DNA from: a bacterium
GTDB taxonomy: Bacteria; Joyebacterota; Joyebacteria; Joyebacterales; Joyebacteraceae
Direction of reading: 5' to 3'
Assembly (NCBI GenBank): GCA_025774645.1
Contig: JALGVN010000003.1
Span: 1-56,024, forward strand
DNA length: 56,024 nucleotides
The notes under the pieces are model-generated. The model had not been told where the DNA came from and did no database searches. It saw nothing but the letters and a program-made list of their open reading frames with translations. Of the stretch, positions 48,577 through 56,024 are shown piece by piece. The stretch's first letter is position 1. Each line of letters opens with the position of its first letter. The position numbers and the translations under genes are program-made.

Positions 48577-49056
48577 TCAGCGCTCGGATCTGCGGGGATC
48601 GTGCACGAGCACCCGGCAGGGAGCGGCGCTCTGGAGGCTCGTGACCGCGGACCCGGCGACGAGCCTCGAGATCGCCGGTCGCTTGCGCCGCGTCACGAAG
48701 ATCGCGTCAGCGGATTCCCTCCTGGCGACCTCGAGCGAACTCGCGAGGAACTCTCCCTGAACGAGATCCGTCCTGCACACGACGCCTCGCCGTCCGGCAA
48801 GCTCGCGGACCCGCGCGAGCTCTCCCTTCCCCTGCCGTTCCTGCTCCTTGCGCATCTCCTCGAGGAGCTGACCGCTCGGCGTCTCTCCGAGGAACCCGAG
48901 ATCCTGAAGGCGTTCCCTCACGTCGTCCGAGATCGACGTGTCGAGGATGTAGAAGGCGACGAGCTCGCCGTCCTCCTTCACGGCCGCACCGATGGCGGCG
49001 TCGACGCACTTCGATGAGACCCGCGAAGGCGAGAGCAGGAGCAGTATCCGCTTCAA
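48577..49056 (-). CDS. Universal stress protein (UspA-like) family protein
   Basis: ILLLLSPS...VAFYILD...ADAIFV...GSAVTSLQSAAPCRVLV matches the Usp alpha/beta pattern. TTG start with GGAGGGG RBS. Sits immediately downstream of the DASS transporter gene. Confidence 0.7.
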   Translation of the reverse strand: MKRILLLLSPSRVSSKCVDAAIGAAVKEDGELVAFYILDTSISDDVRERLQDLGFLGETPSGQLLEEMRKEQERQGKGELARVRELAGRRGVVCRTDLVQGEFLASSLEVARRESADAIFVTRRKRPAISRLVAGSAVTSLQSAAPCRVLVHDPRRSER

Positions 49057-49083
49057 GTGTCCCCTCCGTTCCAGGACGTGTGC

Positions 49084-50469
49084 CTAACCCGTGATCCCCA
49101 GGAACGACCAGTAGAACTTCGCCACGACGAACAGTATGAGGAGCGCGACGAGCTTGAGGATCGCACCTGCCGCGACCGAGTCCTTCAGCCGGAAGTAGCC
49201 CGCGGAGTACGCGATGGCGTTCGGCGGCGTGCCCATCGGCAGCGCGAACGCGAGTCCCGCGGGCACCGCGACGGCGTACACGACGGTGATCGGACCGATG
49301 CCCGCGCCCTCCGCGACACCGAAACAGATAGGCAGGAGGAGCGCGACCGCCGCCACATTGCTGATCGCCTCCGTCAGGAAGGCCGCGAGGAGCGCGAAGG
49401 TCGCCACGACCCACATGCTCGGAAGCCCGGCGGCGCGCGCCATGACGACGTCGGCGATCCACTTCGCACCGCCGGTCTCGTGCAGGGCGGCCGCGATCGC
49501 GAGCGCCCCGCCGTACATCAGGATGACACCCCAGTTGACGTACTCCTCGACGCTCTTCCAGTCGATGAGCCCGAAGACGAAGAGCGCGACCGAGGCCAGG
49601 AGCGCGATCGGCGCCAGCCCGAAGTCGCGTCCCGCGAAGATCCACGCGGCAATCGTGAGCGCCGTGATCGCGCCCACGCCCTTCTCGCGCGCGGAGACCG
49701 GACCGAGCTCCCGAGCCTTCGCGTCGAGCGCGTCCTTGGCACGCTCGATGTCCCTGACGTCCATCGGGAAGAACCTCGTCAGGACGAAGTAGGCGGCGAA
49801 CATCAGGACGATCGAGAGGGGCGCCACCGCGACCATCCAGTCGAGGAAACCGATCGTTAGATCGTAATGTTCGGAGAGGATGCCCAGGGCGAGAGGCGCC
49901 CTCGCACCCCCGAGGAAGGTCGCGATGCCGCCGATGACCGCGCCCCACGCAAGGGCGAGAAAGAGCGCGGCGCCGTACCCACTCTTCCGCGGCTGCAGGT
50001 CGAGCGCGCGCGCGATCTCGAGGACGATCGGGAAGAGCATCGCAGCGACCGCGTGCTCCGGCATCCAGAACGCGAGGAAGCCCCCCGAGAGGATGATGCC
50101 CGCGATGAGTGACCTCGGCGTCTTCCCGAACCGCCGTATGAACGCGACGGCGAGGCGCGTCGAGAGACCGGAGCGCATGAGCGCCGCCGCGAGCATGAAG
50201 GCGCCCAGGATGAAGAAGACGACGGGGCTCCCGAAGAGCGCGAACGAGCGCGTCAGCGGAACCACGCCGAGCATGGGAAGCAGCACGATCGCGAGGAGGC
50301 TCGTGACGGCGAGCGGAAGCGCGTTCGATACCCAGAGAACGAAGCAGAGGACGAAGATGGCGATGGCGTTCTGGCCGGCTCGCGAGAGACCGTCGGGCGA
50401 CGGCGCGAACGCGACCGCGCCCAGGAGGACGAGAGCGATGATGATGGAGAGGATCTTCGCTCGCCTCAC
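49084..50469 (-). CDS. DASS/SLC13-family anion:sodium symporter
   Basis: 461 aa and polytopic. N-terminus LSRAGQNAIAIFVLCFVLWVSNALPLAVTSLLAIVLLP and the repeated hairpin SNxxxxA-type motif (FLTEAISNVAAVALLLPI) are typical of DASS permeases. GTG start with GAGAGGAG RBS. Confidence 0.82.
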   Translation of the reverse strand: MRRAKILSIIIALVLLGAVAFAPSPDGLSRAGQNAIAIFVLCFVLWVSNALPLAVTSLLAIVLLPMLGVVPLTRSFALFGSPVVFFILGAFMLAAALMRSGLSTRLAVAFIRRFGKTPRSLIAGIILSGGFLAFWMPEHAVAAMLFPIVLEIARALDLQPRKSGYGAALFLALAWGAVIGGIATFLGGARAPLALGILSEHYDLTIGFLDWMVAVAPLSIVLMFAAYFVLTRFFPMDVRDIERAKDALDAKARELGPVSAREKGVGAITALTIAAWIFAGRDFGLAPIALLASVALFVFGLIDWKSVEEYVNWGVILMYGGALAIAAALHETGGAKWIADVVMARAAGLPSMWVVATFALLAAFLTEAISNVAAVALLLPICFGVAEGAGIGPITVVYAVAVPAGLAFALPMGTPPNAIAYSAGYFRLKDSVAAGAILKLVALLILFVVAKFYWSFLGITG

Positions 50470-50585
50470 CCGACTAGGCTCCTCTCGCCGCCGCTGTTCC
50501 CAGGGAAACCCGGCCGTGACGTGACGGGATCACGTCGGCCGGATGCGGGGTCCCGCAGCATCGGACCCGCGTCCTCGGTGGCGGC

Positions 50586-50614
50586 ATTCTTCCACCGGGA
50601 GTTTCCGGTGTCAA
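50586..50614 (-). promoter_or_regulatory. Putative sigma70-type promoter of the DASS-usp operon (TTGACA-N17-AAGAAT), followed by a structured leader of about 105 nt
   Basis: Minus-strand reading: ccTTGACAccggaaactcccggtggAAGAATgccgc. Confidence 0.4.
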
Positions 50615-50660
50615 GGGGATTCAGGAGACGGCGCCGCACGGCTCCCGGCGCACCACAGAG

Positions 50661-50689
50661 AGACGGGGCGGCATCCGGCCGCCCCGTCT
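50661..50689 (-). terminator. Hairpin (12-bp perfect stem, 5-nt loop) downstream of the M14 peptidase gene
   Basis: agacggggcggc-atccg-gccgccccgtct read directly, about 40 nt after the stop at 50729. Confidence 0.5.
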
Positions 50690-50728
50690 TGCATTCGCAG
50701 TTCCCTCCCCGTGCGCGTTCCCGGAACG

Positions 50729-53047
50729 CTACTTGAGGAGGACCATCTTCCCGGACGCCTCGCGGCTCTCCGTCGAGACCCGCACGAAGTAGATGCCGGC
50801 CGCGACAGAGGCGCCCCGGTCGTCGGTGCCGTCCCAGTCGATCTCGTGCGCTCCTGCCGACTCATCCCCCGACGCGAGCCTGCGGACGAGGCGACCCGAG
50901 GGATCGTAGATCCGGAGCTCGACGGGCCCCGCCGCGGGCAGCTCGTAGCGGATGCTCGTCCGCGGGTTGAACGGGTTCGGGTAGTTCGAGACCGCGAGCC
51001 TCCGCGCTCCGGTCTCGTCGTCGATGCCGGAGGAAAACGTCTGCGCGAAGACGGCGACGTCGTCGACGTACCAGCCGTCGGCGGTGACCCACCCGTCCGA
51101 GTCGAGGACGAAGCGCACCTTGAACGCGTCGGTGCCGACGTAGTCGGTGAGGTCGATCACGACCTCTTCCCACGAGCTCTGCTGTCCGTCGTACGAAGCC
51201 ACCTGCGTCCACGCGCCGCCGTTCGTGCTCACCTCGACGTAGCAGAAATCGTAAGTGGGCTCGGTCGCGTAGCGGTGCCAGAAGCTCAGGGCCGCGCTCT
51301 CCGCGTCGGAGAGGTCGATGGCGCTGGCCAGCGTCATCGTGGTGAGCGCGTGGTTCGGGTAGTCGACGCCCGGGCTGTCGGACATCGAGGAGCTCGGGCT
51401 GTTGGCGTGGAGCGATGTCAGAACCCATGCTCCGGTCCAGTTCGTGAGACCCGACTCGAGGTTGTCGTAGATGACGTGGCTCGCCAGCTCGAAGTCTTCC
51501 GTCGAGATGGTGTTGTCCTGCACGACCACGCCGTTGCGAACGTCGGAGAGGTAGCCGAGGAGTCGCGCCTTCACCGTGTGCGTGCCCTGCGGCACGAGTG
51601 GAATCTGGTAGTACCCGGTGCCCGCGTCCGCTGTCGTTGAGTAGCCCGAGAGGTCGGTGAGCTCGACGGTGGCCGCGACCGGGTTCGAATCGTCGTCCGT
51701 GACGTAGCCCGCGACCGTGCCGCGCGGCGGCGGCTCCATCGCGAAGTCCACGACGACGAACGTGTCGAGGCCGGCCGTCACGTTGTAGACCGTCTGCGTC
51801 GGGTAGCTCTCGACGCTCGCCGTGACGGTGTACGTGCCGGTCTCGACCATGCGGTGGTAGTCACCGACGGCAGGGTCTGTGTAGACGTCCTTCCCTATCT
51901 CGGGAATGCTGATCGTCGCGTAGAGCGGCTCCATCGTCTCGCCGTCGTAGACGAGACCCCGGATCCCGCGTCCGGACATCCGCGCCTGATAGAGCATGGC
52001 CGGGATGTTGTCGGCAACGATGCCGTCGATCTGGTAGGTGGGCGGGTCCTTGTCGACCGAGACCTCGATCGTCGTGTCGATCTCGCCGCGTGTGTCGTAG
52101 CACCAGTCCTGGCAGCTCCCGTGGACGACGTACCAGTCGGCCCCGTTCGTGACGGGTAGCCCGCTCAGGGCTCCGTACTCGTCCGATATCGTGATGAGCA
52201 TCGGCTCGTCGGGGGTCGGGGCGTACGTGTAGTCCCAGAGGTAGTTCACGTAGACCGCGCCCGCGTGGAACGTGAGGGACGTCACGGGGTTCATGCCTAC
52301 ATTGAAGTCGCGCAGCGCCGCCGTCTCGATAGCGCTGAAAGCGGTCGACGCGTTGCACCCGTCCGGACAGAGGTAGTCCCTGTTCATGTCGATGCCCTGC
52401 GCGTTGTAGCGGGAGCCGTTCTCGAGCCCGTCGGGGTTCAGCACCGGGATGAGCCAGATCTCGCGCTCGTTGACGAGCCACGTGACCTGGGGGTCGGTGC
52501 CGTAGTTCTCGAGCAGATACTCCGCCATGTAGTAGACCACCTCGATGCCGATCGTCTCGTTGCCGTGGTGTCCGCCGATCCACTGGATCTCCGGCTCGAA
52601 CTCCTCGACGTCGGCGTTGTCACTGATCTTGAGCGCCCAGAGCTCGCGATGCTGCCAGCTCTGCCCTATCGAGACGAGCTCCGTGATCTCGGGGTACGTC
52701 GCCGCCCACGCGGCGAGATCGTCGGTGATCTCCGTGTAGCTGTGATACTCCCCGCGGTCCTCGAGACGCAGCGAAGCGACGTCGTCACGCATGTTCTCGA
52801 CGGTGACCCGCGGACGGAACCCGTTCGCCCAGAGAACGTCGATCTCGGAGGGAATCGCCGCGATCTCCGCGACGCCGTCCCTCACGTTCATGATGTCCAT
52901 TCCCAGCTCGTTCAGCCGGGCGACGTCGGCCCTGGAGAGGATCTCCACCTCCACCACCGCTGCGTCGTCCCTCGGGTACGCAGACGCTCCGGTCGCCGAG
53001 CACAGGACGACGGCGAACGCTGCCAGGGCCAGTATCGACATCCTCAT
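50729..53047 (-). CDS. Secreted M14 zinc carboxypeptidase with CarboxypepD_reg-like domains, a MAM/jelly-roll-like domain and a T9SS C-terminal sorting domain
   Basis: Signal peptide MRMSILALAAFAVVLCSATGASA. M14 motifs (IQWIGGHHGNETIG = HxxE zinc site; NPDG; MNRDY). Two Ig-like regulatory domains (GLVYDGETMEPL.., GYVTDDDSNPV..). Jelly-roll domain (SFWHRYATEPTYDFCYVEVSTNGGAWTQV). CTD NYPNPFNPRTSIRYELP...LRIYDPSGRLVRRL...WDGTDDRG..AGIYFVRV...KMVLLK. Start trimmed to ATG 53047 (GGAGGA RBS); the 1065-aa track ORF is read-through. Confidence 0.85.
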   Translation of the reverse strand: MRMSILALAAFAVVLCSATGASAYPRDDAAVVEVEILSRADVARLNELGMDIMNVRDGVAEIAAIPSEIDVLWANGFRPRVTVENMRDDVASLRLEDRGEYHSYTEITDDLAAWAATYPEITELVSIGQSWQHRELWALKISDNADVEEFEPEIQWIGGHHGNETIGIEVVYYMAEYLLENYGTDPQVTWLVNEREIWLIPVLNPDGLENGSRYNAQGIDMNRDYLCPDGCNASTAFSAIETAALRDFNVGMNPVTSLTFHAGAVYVNYLWDYTYAPTPDEPMLITISDEYGALSGLPVTNGADWYVVHGSCQDWCYDTRGEIDTTIEVSVDKDPPTYQIDGIVADNIPAMLYQARMSGRGIRGLVYDGETMEPLYATISIPEIGKDVYTDPAVGDYHRMVETGTYTVTASVESYPTQTVYNVTAGLDTFVVVDFAMEPPPRGTVAGYVTDDDSNPVAATVELTDLSGYSTTADAGTGYYQIPLVPQGTHTVKARLLGYLSDVRNGVVVQDNTISTEDFELASHVIYDNLESGLTNWTGAWVLTSLHANSPSSSMSDSPGVDYPNHALTTMTLASAIDLSDAESAALSFWHRYATEPTYDFCYVEVSTNGGAWTQVASYDGQQSSWEEVVIDLTDYVGTDAFKVRFVLDSDGWVTADGWYVDDVAVFAQTFSSGIDDETGARRLAVSNYPNPFNPRTSIRYELPAAGPVELRIYDPSGRLVRRLASGDESAGAHEIDWDGTDDRGASVAAGIYFVRVSTESREASGKMVLLK

Positions 53048-53082
53048 ACGGACTTCCTCCAGATGGACGGGCTTCGTCGCAT

Positions 53083-53118
53083 GCGTGCCCGGCTCCCCCC
53101 CAGGGCCGCCGGGCACGC
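53083..53118 (-). terminator. Hairpin (11-bp stem, 14-nt C-rich loop) downstream of the first T9SS-cargo paralog
   Basis: gcgtgcccggc-(tcccccccagggcc)-gccgggcacgc read directly. The stem sequence is related to the hairpin at 54622-54650. Confidence 0.35.
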
Positions 53119-53139
53119 CGTTGTTCTGCATCGCGCGGT

Positions 53140-54585
53140 CTACTTCAGGAGTGTCATCTTCCTGAAGGCCGTCTCTCCGTTCGCCGTCAGGCGGGCGAAG
53201 TAGATGCCCGACCCGAGGCTCACACCGGTGCCGTCCGTGCCGTCCCACACCACCGTCTGCGGTCCGGGCGCGACGCGGCCGTCGACCAGCGTCTTCACGA
53301 TCTGCCCGTTCGCATTGTAGACGACGAGCTTCACGTGCCCGGCCTCGGCCGGTACCGCAAACTCGATCGTCGTCGTCGGGTTGAACGGATTCGGGTAGTT
53401 CTGCTTCAGTGCGGCCCGCGCCAGCTCGACGCCCCCGTCGACACCCGTGTCGGTCGGGTCGAACCAGTCGATCACGCGACCGATGAGCGTCTTCTGGTTG
53501 TCGGGATCCGGATCGCCTGTGCTCACGTTCTCGAAGGCGAACGGGATGAACGCGAGCATGTGTCCGTCCTCGCCGCCCCTCAGTCCCTTGACTCCCTCCG
53601 TGGACACGAAGACGTCGAAGAACGACTCCGCGGGGAAGTCCGGACTCCCGAGACCGTCGTCCGAGACGGTCACGGCGGTGGTGAGGTTCAGCACCATTCC
53701 GCTGCTGATCGGATCCCCCGGAATGCCGGTGACGAGAGAGCCACCGACGTCGTTGTCCCAGCCGTCGAGGTGCAGGTAGTCGGTCGTGAACGTGGTCGGC
53801 CCCCCGCGGGTCGAGAGGTACTCCGCGCTCGCGAGGAAGAGGCTCCCGCCGGAGTCGAGGTAGTCCATCCACACGCCCTCGGTCCCGCTCGTGACGTACG
53901 TTGCGTCGCCGCCGCCGGTCGTCCACAGGACGATCCGGAAGTCCTCACAGCGATCCGGCTCGCCGTCCGAGTCCCTGTCCCAAGGGTACGCGGAGTAGCC
54001 GGCGTCCTCGACGGCGGTCTCCATGTAGGTCTCGTCGCTCGCGCCGCCGTCGTCGTCGACCAGGAGGATCGAGGGAGCCCCGACGAACGTCGCGTACGTC
54101 TGGGCGGCATCGACGCCAGGATCGCCGTTGCTCACGGCGGTGAGGGTCATCACGGACATGCCCGTGGCCGTCCCGATGAAGTCGTCCATGTGAACGTCGA
54201 GAAGCTGAGTCTCACCCGGCCCCAGGACGTAGTCCCACGGTCCGGTGTGACAGATGCTCTCGTCGCAGTAGTTGGCGAACCAGTCGAAGTCGGTGACGCC
54301 ATCCGGCAGGACGTCGTGCGAGATGTCGACCGTGACCGTGTCGGTCCCGTCTCCGGTGTTCTTCACCGTCGTGACGTAGATCGCCGATCCGCCGGGCTCG
54401 ATCTCCGAAGCGACCATGTCGGTCGTAATCTCGACGCCGAACGCTCGCGTGCCCCGGTCACGTACGGCGTCGTTCCCCCCATCAGCCCTGACCACCACGT
54501 CCGCGGGAACTGCCACAGCGAGCGCCGTCGACAGCAGGATCCCGAGAACGGCCGCGGCCAAGGCCGGAAGCCGGTTCCTCATCAT
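53140..54585 (-). CDS. Secreted T9SS-sorted protein of unknown function (CARDB-like Ig domain, then an 'ILLVDDDGG' alpha/beta domain, then a T9SS CTD)
   Basis: Signal peptide MMRNRLPALAAAVLGILLSTALAVA. Ig/CARDB-like GGSAIYVTTVKNTGDGTDTVTVDIS. Central domain PSILLVDDDGG...RIVLWTTGGG...LDSGGSLFLASAEYL. CTD NYPNPFNPTTTIEFAVP...LVVYNANGQIV..WDGTDGTG..SGIYFARL..KMTLLK. ATG 54585 is preferred (GGAGGGG 5 nt upstream). Confidence 0.75.
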   Translation of the reverse strand: MMRNRLPALAAAVLGILLSTALAVAVPADVVVRADGGNDAVRDRGTRAFGVEITTDMVASEIEPGGSAIYVTTVKNTGDGTDTVTVDISHDVLPDGVTDFDWFANYCDESICHTGPWDYVLGPGETQLLDVHMDDFIGTATGMSVMTLTAVSNGDPGVDAAQTYATFVGAPSILLVDDDGGASDETYMETAVEDAGYSAYPWDRDSDGEPDRCEDFRIVLWTTGGGDATYVTSGTEGVWMDYLDSGGSLFLASAEYLSTRGGPTTFTTDYLHLDGWDNDVGGSLVTGIPGDPISSGMVLNLTTAVTVSDDGLGSPDFPAESFFDVFVSTEGVKGLRGGEDGHMLAFIPFAFENVSTGDPDPDNQKTLIGRVIDWFDPTDTGVDGGVELARAALKQNYPNPFNPTTTIEFAVPAEAGHVKLVVYNANGQIVKTLVDGRVAPGPQTVVWDGTDGTGVSLGSGIYFARLTANGETAFRKMTLLK

Positions 54586-54621
54586 GTACACCCCTCCTAG
54601 GTAGCTGGTCGCGATCCTGCC

Positions 54622-54650
54622 GTGCCCGGCGGCGCGAGGCCGCCGGGCAC
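54622..54650 (-). terminator. Hairpin (12-bp perfect stem, 5-nt loop) downstream of the second T9SS-cargo paralog
   Basis: gtgcccggcggc-gcgag-gccgccgggcac read directly, 11 nt after the stop at 54661. Confidence 0.45.
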
Positions 54651-54660
54651 CATGGTTCTG

Positions 54661-56024
54661 CTACTTCAGAAGCGTCATCTTCGTGAACGCCTTCTCTCCG
54701 TCGGCCGTGAGTCTCGCGAAGTAGATGCCCGAGGAGAGGCTCTTGCCGAGATCGTCCGTTCCGTCCCACACCACAGCGTGCGGACCGGCGGTCATCCGCC
54801 CGTCGACGAGCGTCCTGACCACCTGGCCGTTGACGTTGTGGACGACGAGGCTGACGTTCTCCACCCCCGCCGGGATGCTGAACTCAAGCTTCGTCACGGG
54901 ATTGAACGGGTTCGGGAAGTTCGGCCTGAGCGTGAGCCGGCCGATCTCCTCCGAGCCCCCGTCGATCCCTGACGCCGGCGTCGCGAACCAGTCCATGATC
55001 CTGCCGATCAGGGTCTTCGCATTGCTCGGCGCCGCGGTCGCGGTCTTCACGTTCTCGAACGGGAACACCGTGAAGACTATCTTGTGTCCGGCCTCTTCTA
55101 CCTTGAGACCCTTCGGACCGTTCGCGGCGGAGAAGATCGTGTCGGAAGGCGCGGACCGGACGAAGCTGTCGATGCCGCCCGGCGGGATCGGACTGCCGAG
55201 CATCCCGAGATTCATGCCGTCCGAGATCACGTCGCCGGCGACACCGGCCATGAAGAACCCGCCGTTGTCGCTGGTCCACGAATCGATGTGGAGGTAATCC
55301 TCGACGAACGTGTTGGGCAGTGACAAGGACTCGTTGAGGAAGCCCATGCTCGACAGGAAGAGGTTCCCGCCACCGTCGAGGTAGCTCATCAGGTTGTCCT
55401 GGTCACGCCCGAGGCTCGTGGTCACGGTGCCGGTCGTCCAGACGACCGCCCAGTACGAGTTGAGATGCCCCTCACCCGGCCTCCCCTCAACCGCGGTGTC
55501 CCAGTGGCGCGATGCCAGCCCTGTGTCCGCGAGCGCCGTCTGGAGATACGTCTCCCACGTCTCTCCGCCGTCGTCGTCGACGAGGAGGATCGACGGCAGT
55601 CCCACGAACGTCGCGAACGTGGCTCCTCCGATCACCTCCACGCCTCCGTGACTGGTCGCGGACAGCGTCGTGACGGCCATCCCCTCGGTATCCCCGACCG
55701 TGTCGATGACGCGCACCTCGAACTCGAGCATCTCCCCGATGAGAAGCTCGTGGTCCGACGGGGTCGTCATCCACGACCCGCCCGCCAGACGGTAGCTCGC
55801 CTCCCACTCGGACGGGTCGACGCCCGGCGGTAGATCGTGCGCGGAGAGCGCGACCGTGACCGTGTCGTCGGCCGTGCCGACGTTCTTGAGGGTCATCGTG
55901 TACGTCGCCATCTCAAGCGCCGCGATCTCCTCGGCGTAGTCCGGGCTCTGCGCAAGGAGGAGATACGGATCGGGCACGAGCTGCGCGTTGTAGATCACGT
56001 GGGGCGAGGCGTCCTCGATGAAGA
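54661..56024 (-). CDS. Paralog of the 53140..54585 T9SS-sorted protein; the 5' end runs off the right edge of the window
   Basis: Same architecture: TYTMTLKNVGTADDTVTVALS; PSILLVDDDGG; AVVWTTG; LDGGGNLFLSS; CTD NFPNPFNPVTKLEFSIP..VVHNVNGQVV..WDGTDDLG..SGIYFARL..KMTLLK. The frame stays open upstream of the track's GTG 55998 to the window end (..FIEDASPHV..), and no signal peptide has yet appeared. The gene is therefore 5'-truncated by the window. Confidence 0.75.
   Translation of the reverse strand, partial: FIEDASPHVIYNAQLVPDPYLLLAQSPDYAEEIAALEMATYTMTLKNVGTADDTVTVALSAHDLPPGVDPSEWEASYRLAGGSWMTTPSDHELLIGEMLEFEVRVIDTVGDTEGMAVTTLSATSHGGVEVIGGATFATFVGLPSILLVDDDGGETWETYLQTALADTGLASRHWDTAVEGRPGEGHLNSYWAVVWTTGTVTTSLGRDQDNLMSYLDGGGNLFLSSMGFLNESLSLPNTFVEDYLHIDSWTSDNGGFFMAGVAGDVISDGMNLGMLGSPIPPGGIDSFVRSAPSDTIFSAANGPKGLKVEEAGHKIVFTVFPFENVKTATAAPSNAKTLIGRIMDWFATPASGIDGGSEEIGRLTLRPNFPNPFNPVTKLEFSIPAGVENVSLVVHNVNGQVVRTLVDGRMTAGPHAVVWDGTDDLGKSLSSGIYFARLTADGEKAFTKMTLLK

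Overview
GC-rich bacterial chromosomal segment. Third codon positions are overwhelmingly G/C, and long spurious antisense ORFs are common. I call 46 protein-coding genes and see no rRNA, tRNA, CRISPR array, integrase, transposase or obvious defence island. The ORF track uses the longest possible ATG/GTG/TTG start, so I trimmed many starts using Shine-Dalgarno spacing and typical family N-termini.

Layout:
- 1-34680: an unbroken minus-strand run of mostly housekeeping genes. In coordinate order: TPR lipoprotein, pyrR, ecfA2/ecfA1, LysM-TPR lipoprotein, dusB, S41 protease, tmk, ino1 plus a CDP-alcohol phosphatidyltransferase, rsmI, recJ, stomatin/NfeD, a GCS2-like ligase plus an unknown partner, hup, a giant lptD, ROK kinase, orphan sugar ABC ATPase, folC, accD, punA, rimI, tsaB, tsaE, a PorX-like regulator with an adjacent histidine kinase, serS, a WecA-like transferase and an ArnA/UXS-like dehydratase.
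- 32409-44365: a Wzx/Wzy-type polysaccharide locus (GT4, flippase, Wzy/O-antigen-ligase family, PCP, multi-SLBB Wza-like exporter, cupin, ugd).
- 45424-48519: a divergent pair made of a small helical ORF and an 838-aa polytopic membrane-TPR protein.
- 48577-50469: usp plus a DASS transporter.
- 50729-56024: three consecutive secreted proteins with type IX secretion (T9SS) C-terminal sorting domains. One is an M14 carboxypeptidase; two are tandem paralogs of an uncharacterised family.

Reading intergenic DNA by eye gives a self-consistent set of TTGAC-N17/18-TAnnnT promoters and GC-rich hairpin terminators that delimit the operons.

The best candidates for undescribed biology are:
- the tandem T9SS-cargo paralogs with an 'ILLVDDDGG' alpha/beta domain, together with the adjacent PorX/PorY-like two-component pair;
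- the translationally coupled unknown-protein/GCS2-like ligase module;
- the membrane-TPR protein and small ORF pair;
- the LptD with a fused multi-OstA N-terminal module;
- the self-contained ino1/phosphatidyltransferase operon.

The taxon guess is inference only: an uncultivated T9SS-bearing FCB-type lineage such as Gemmatimonadota- or Eisenbacteria-like. All family assignments come from motif recognition by eye; no searches were run.
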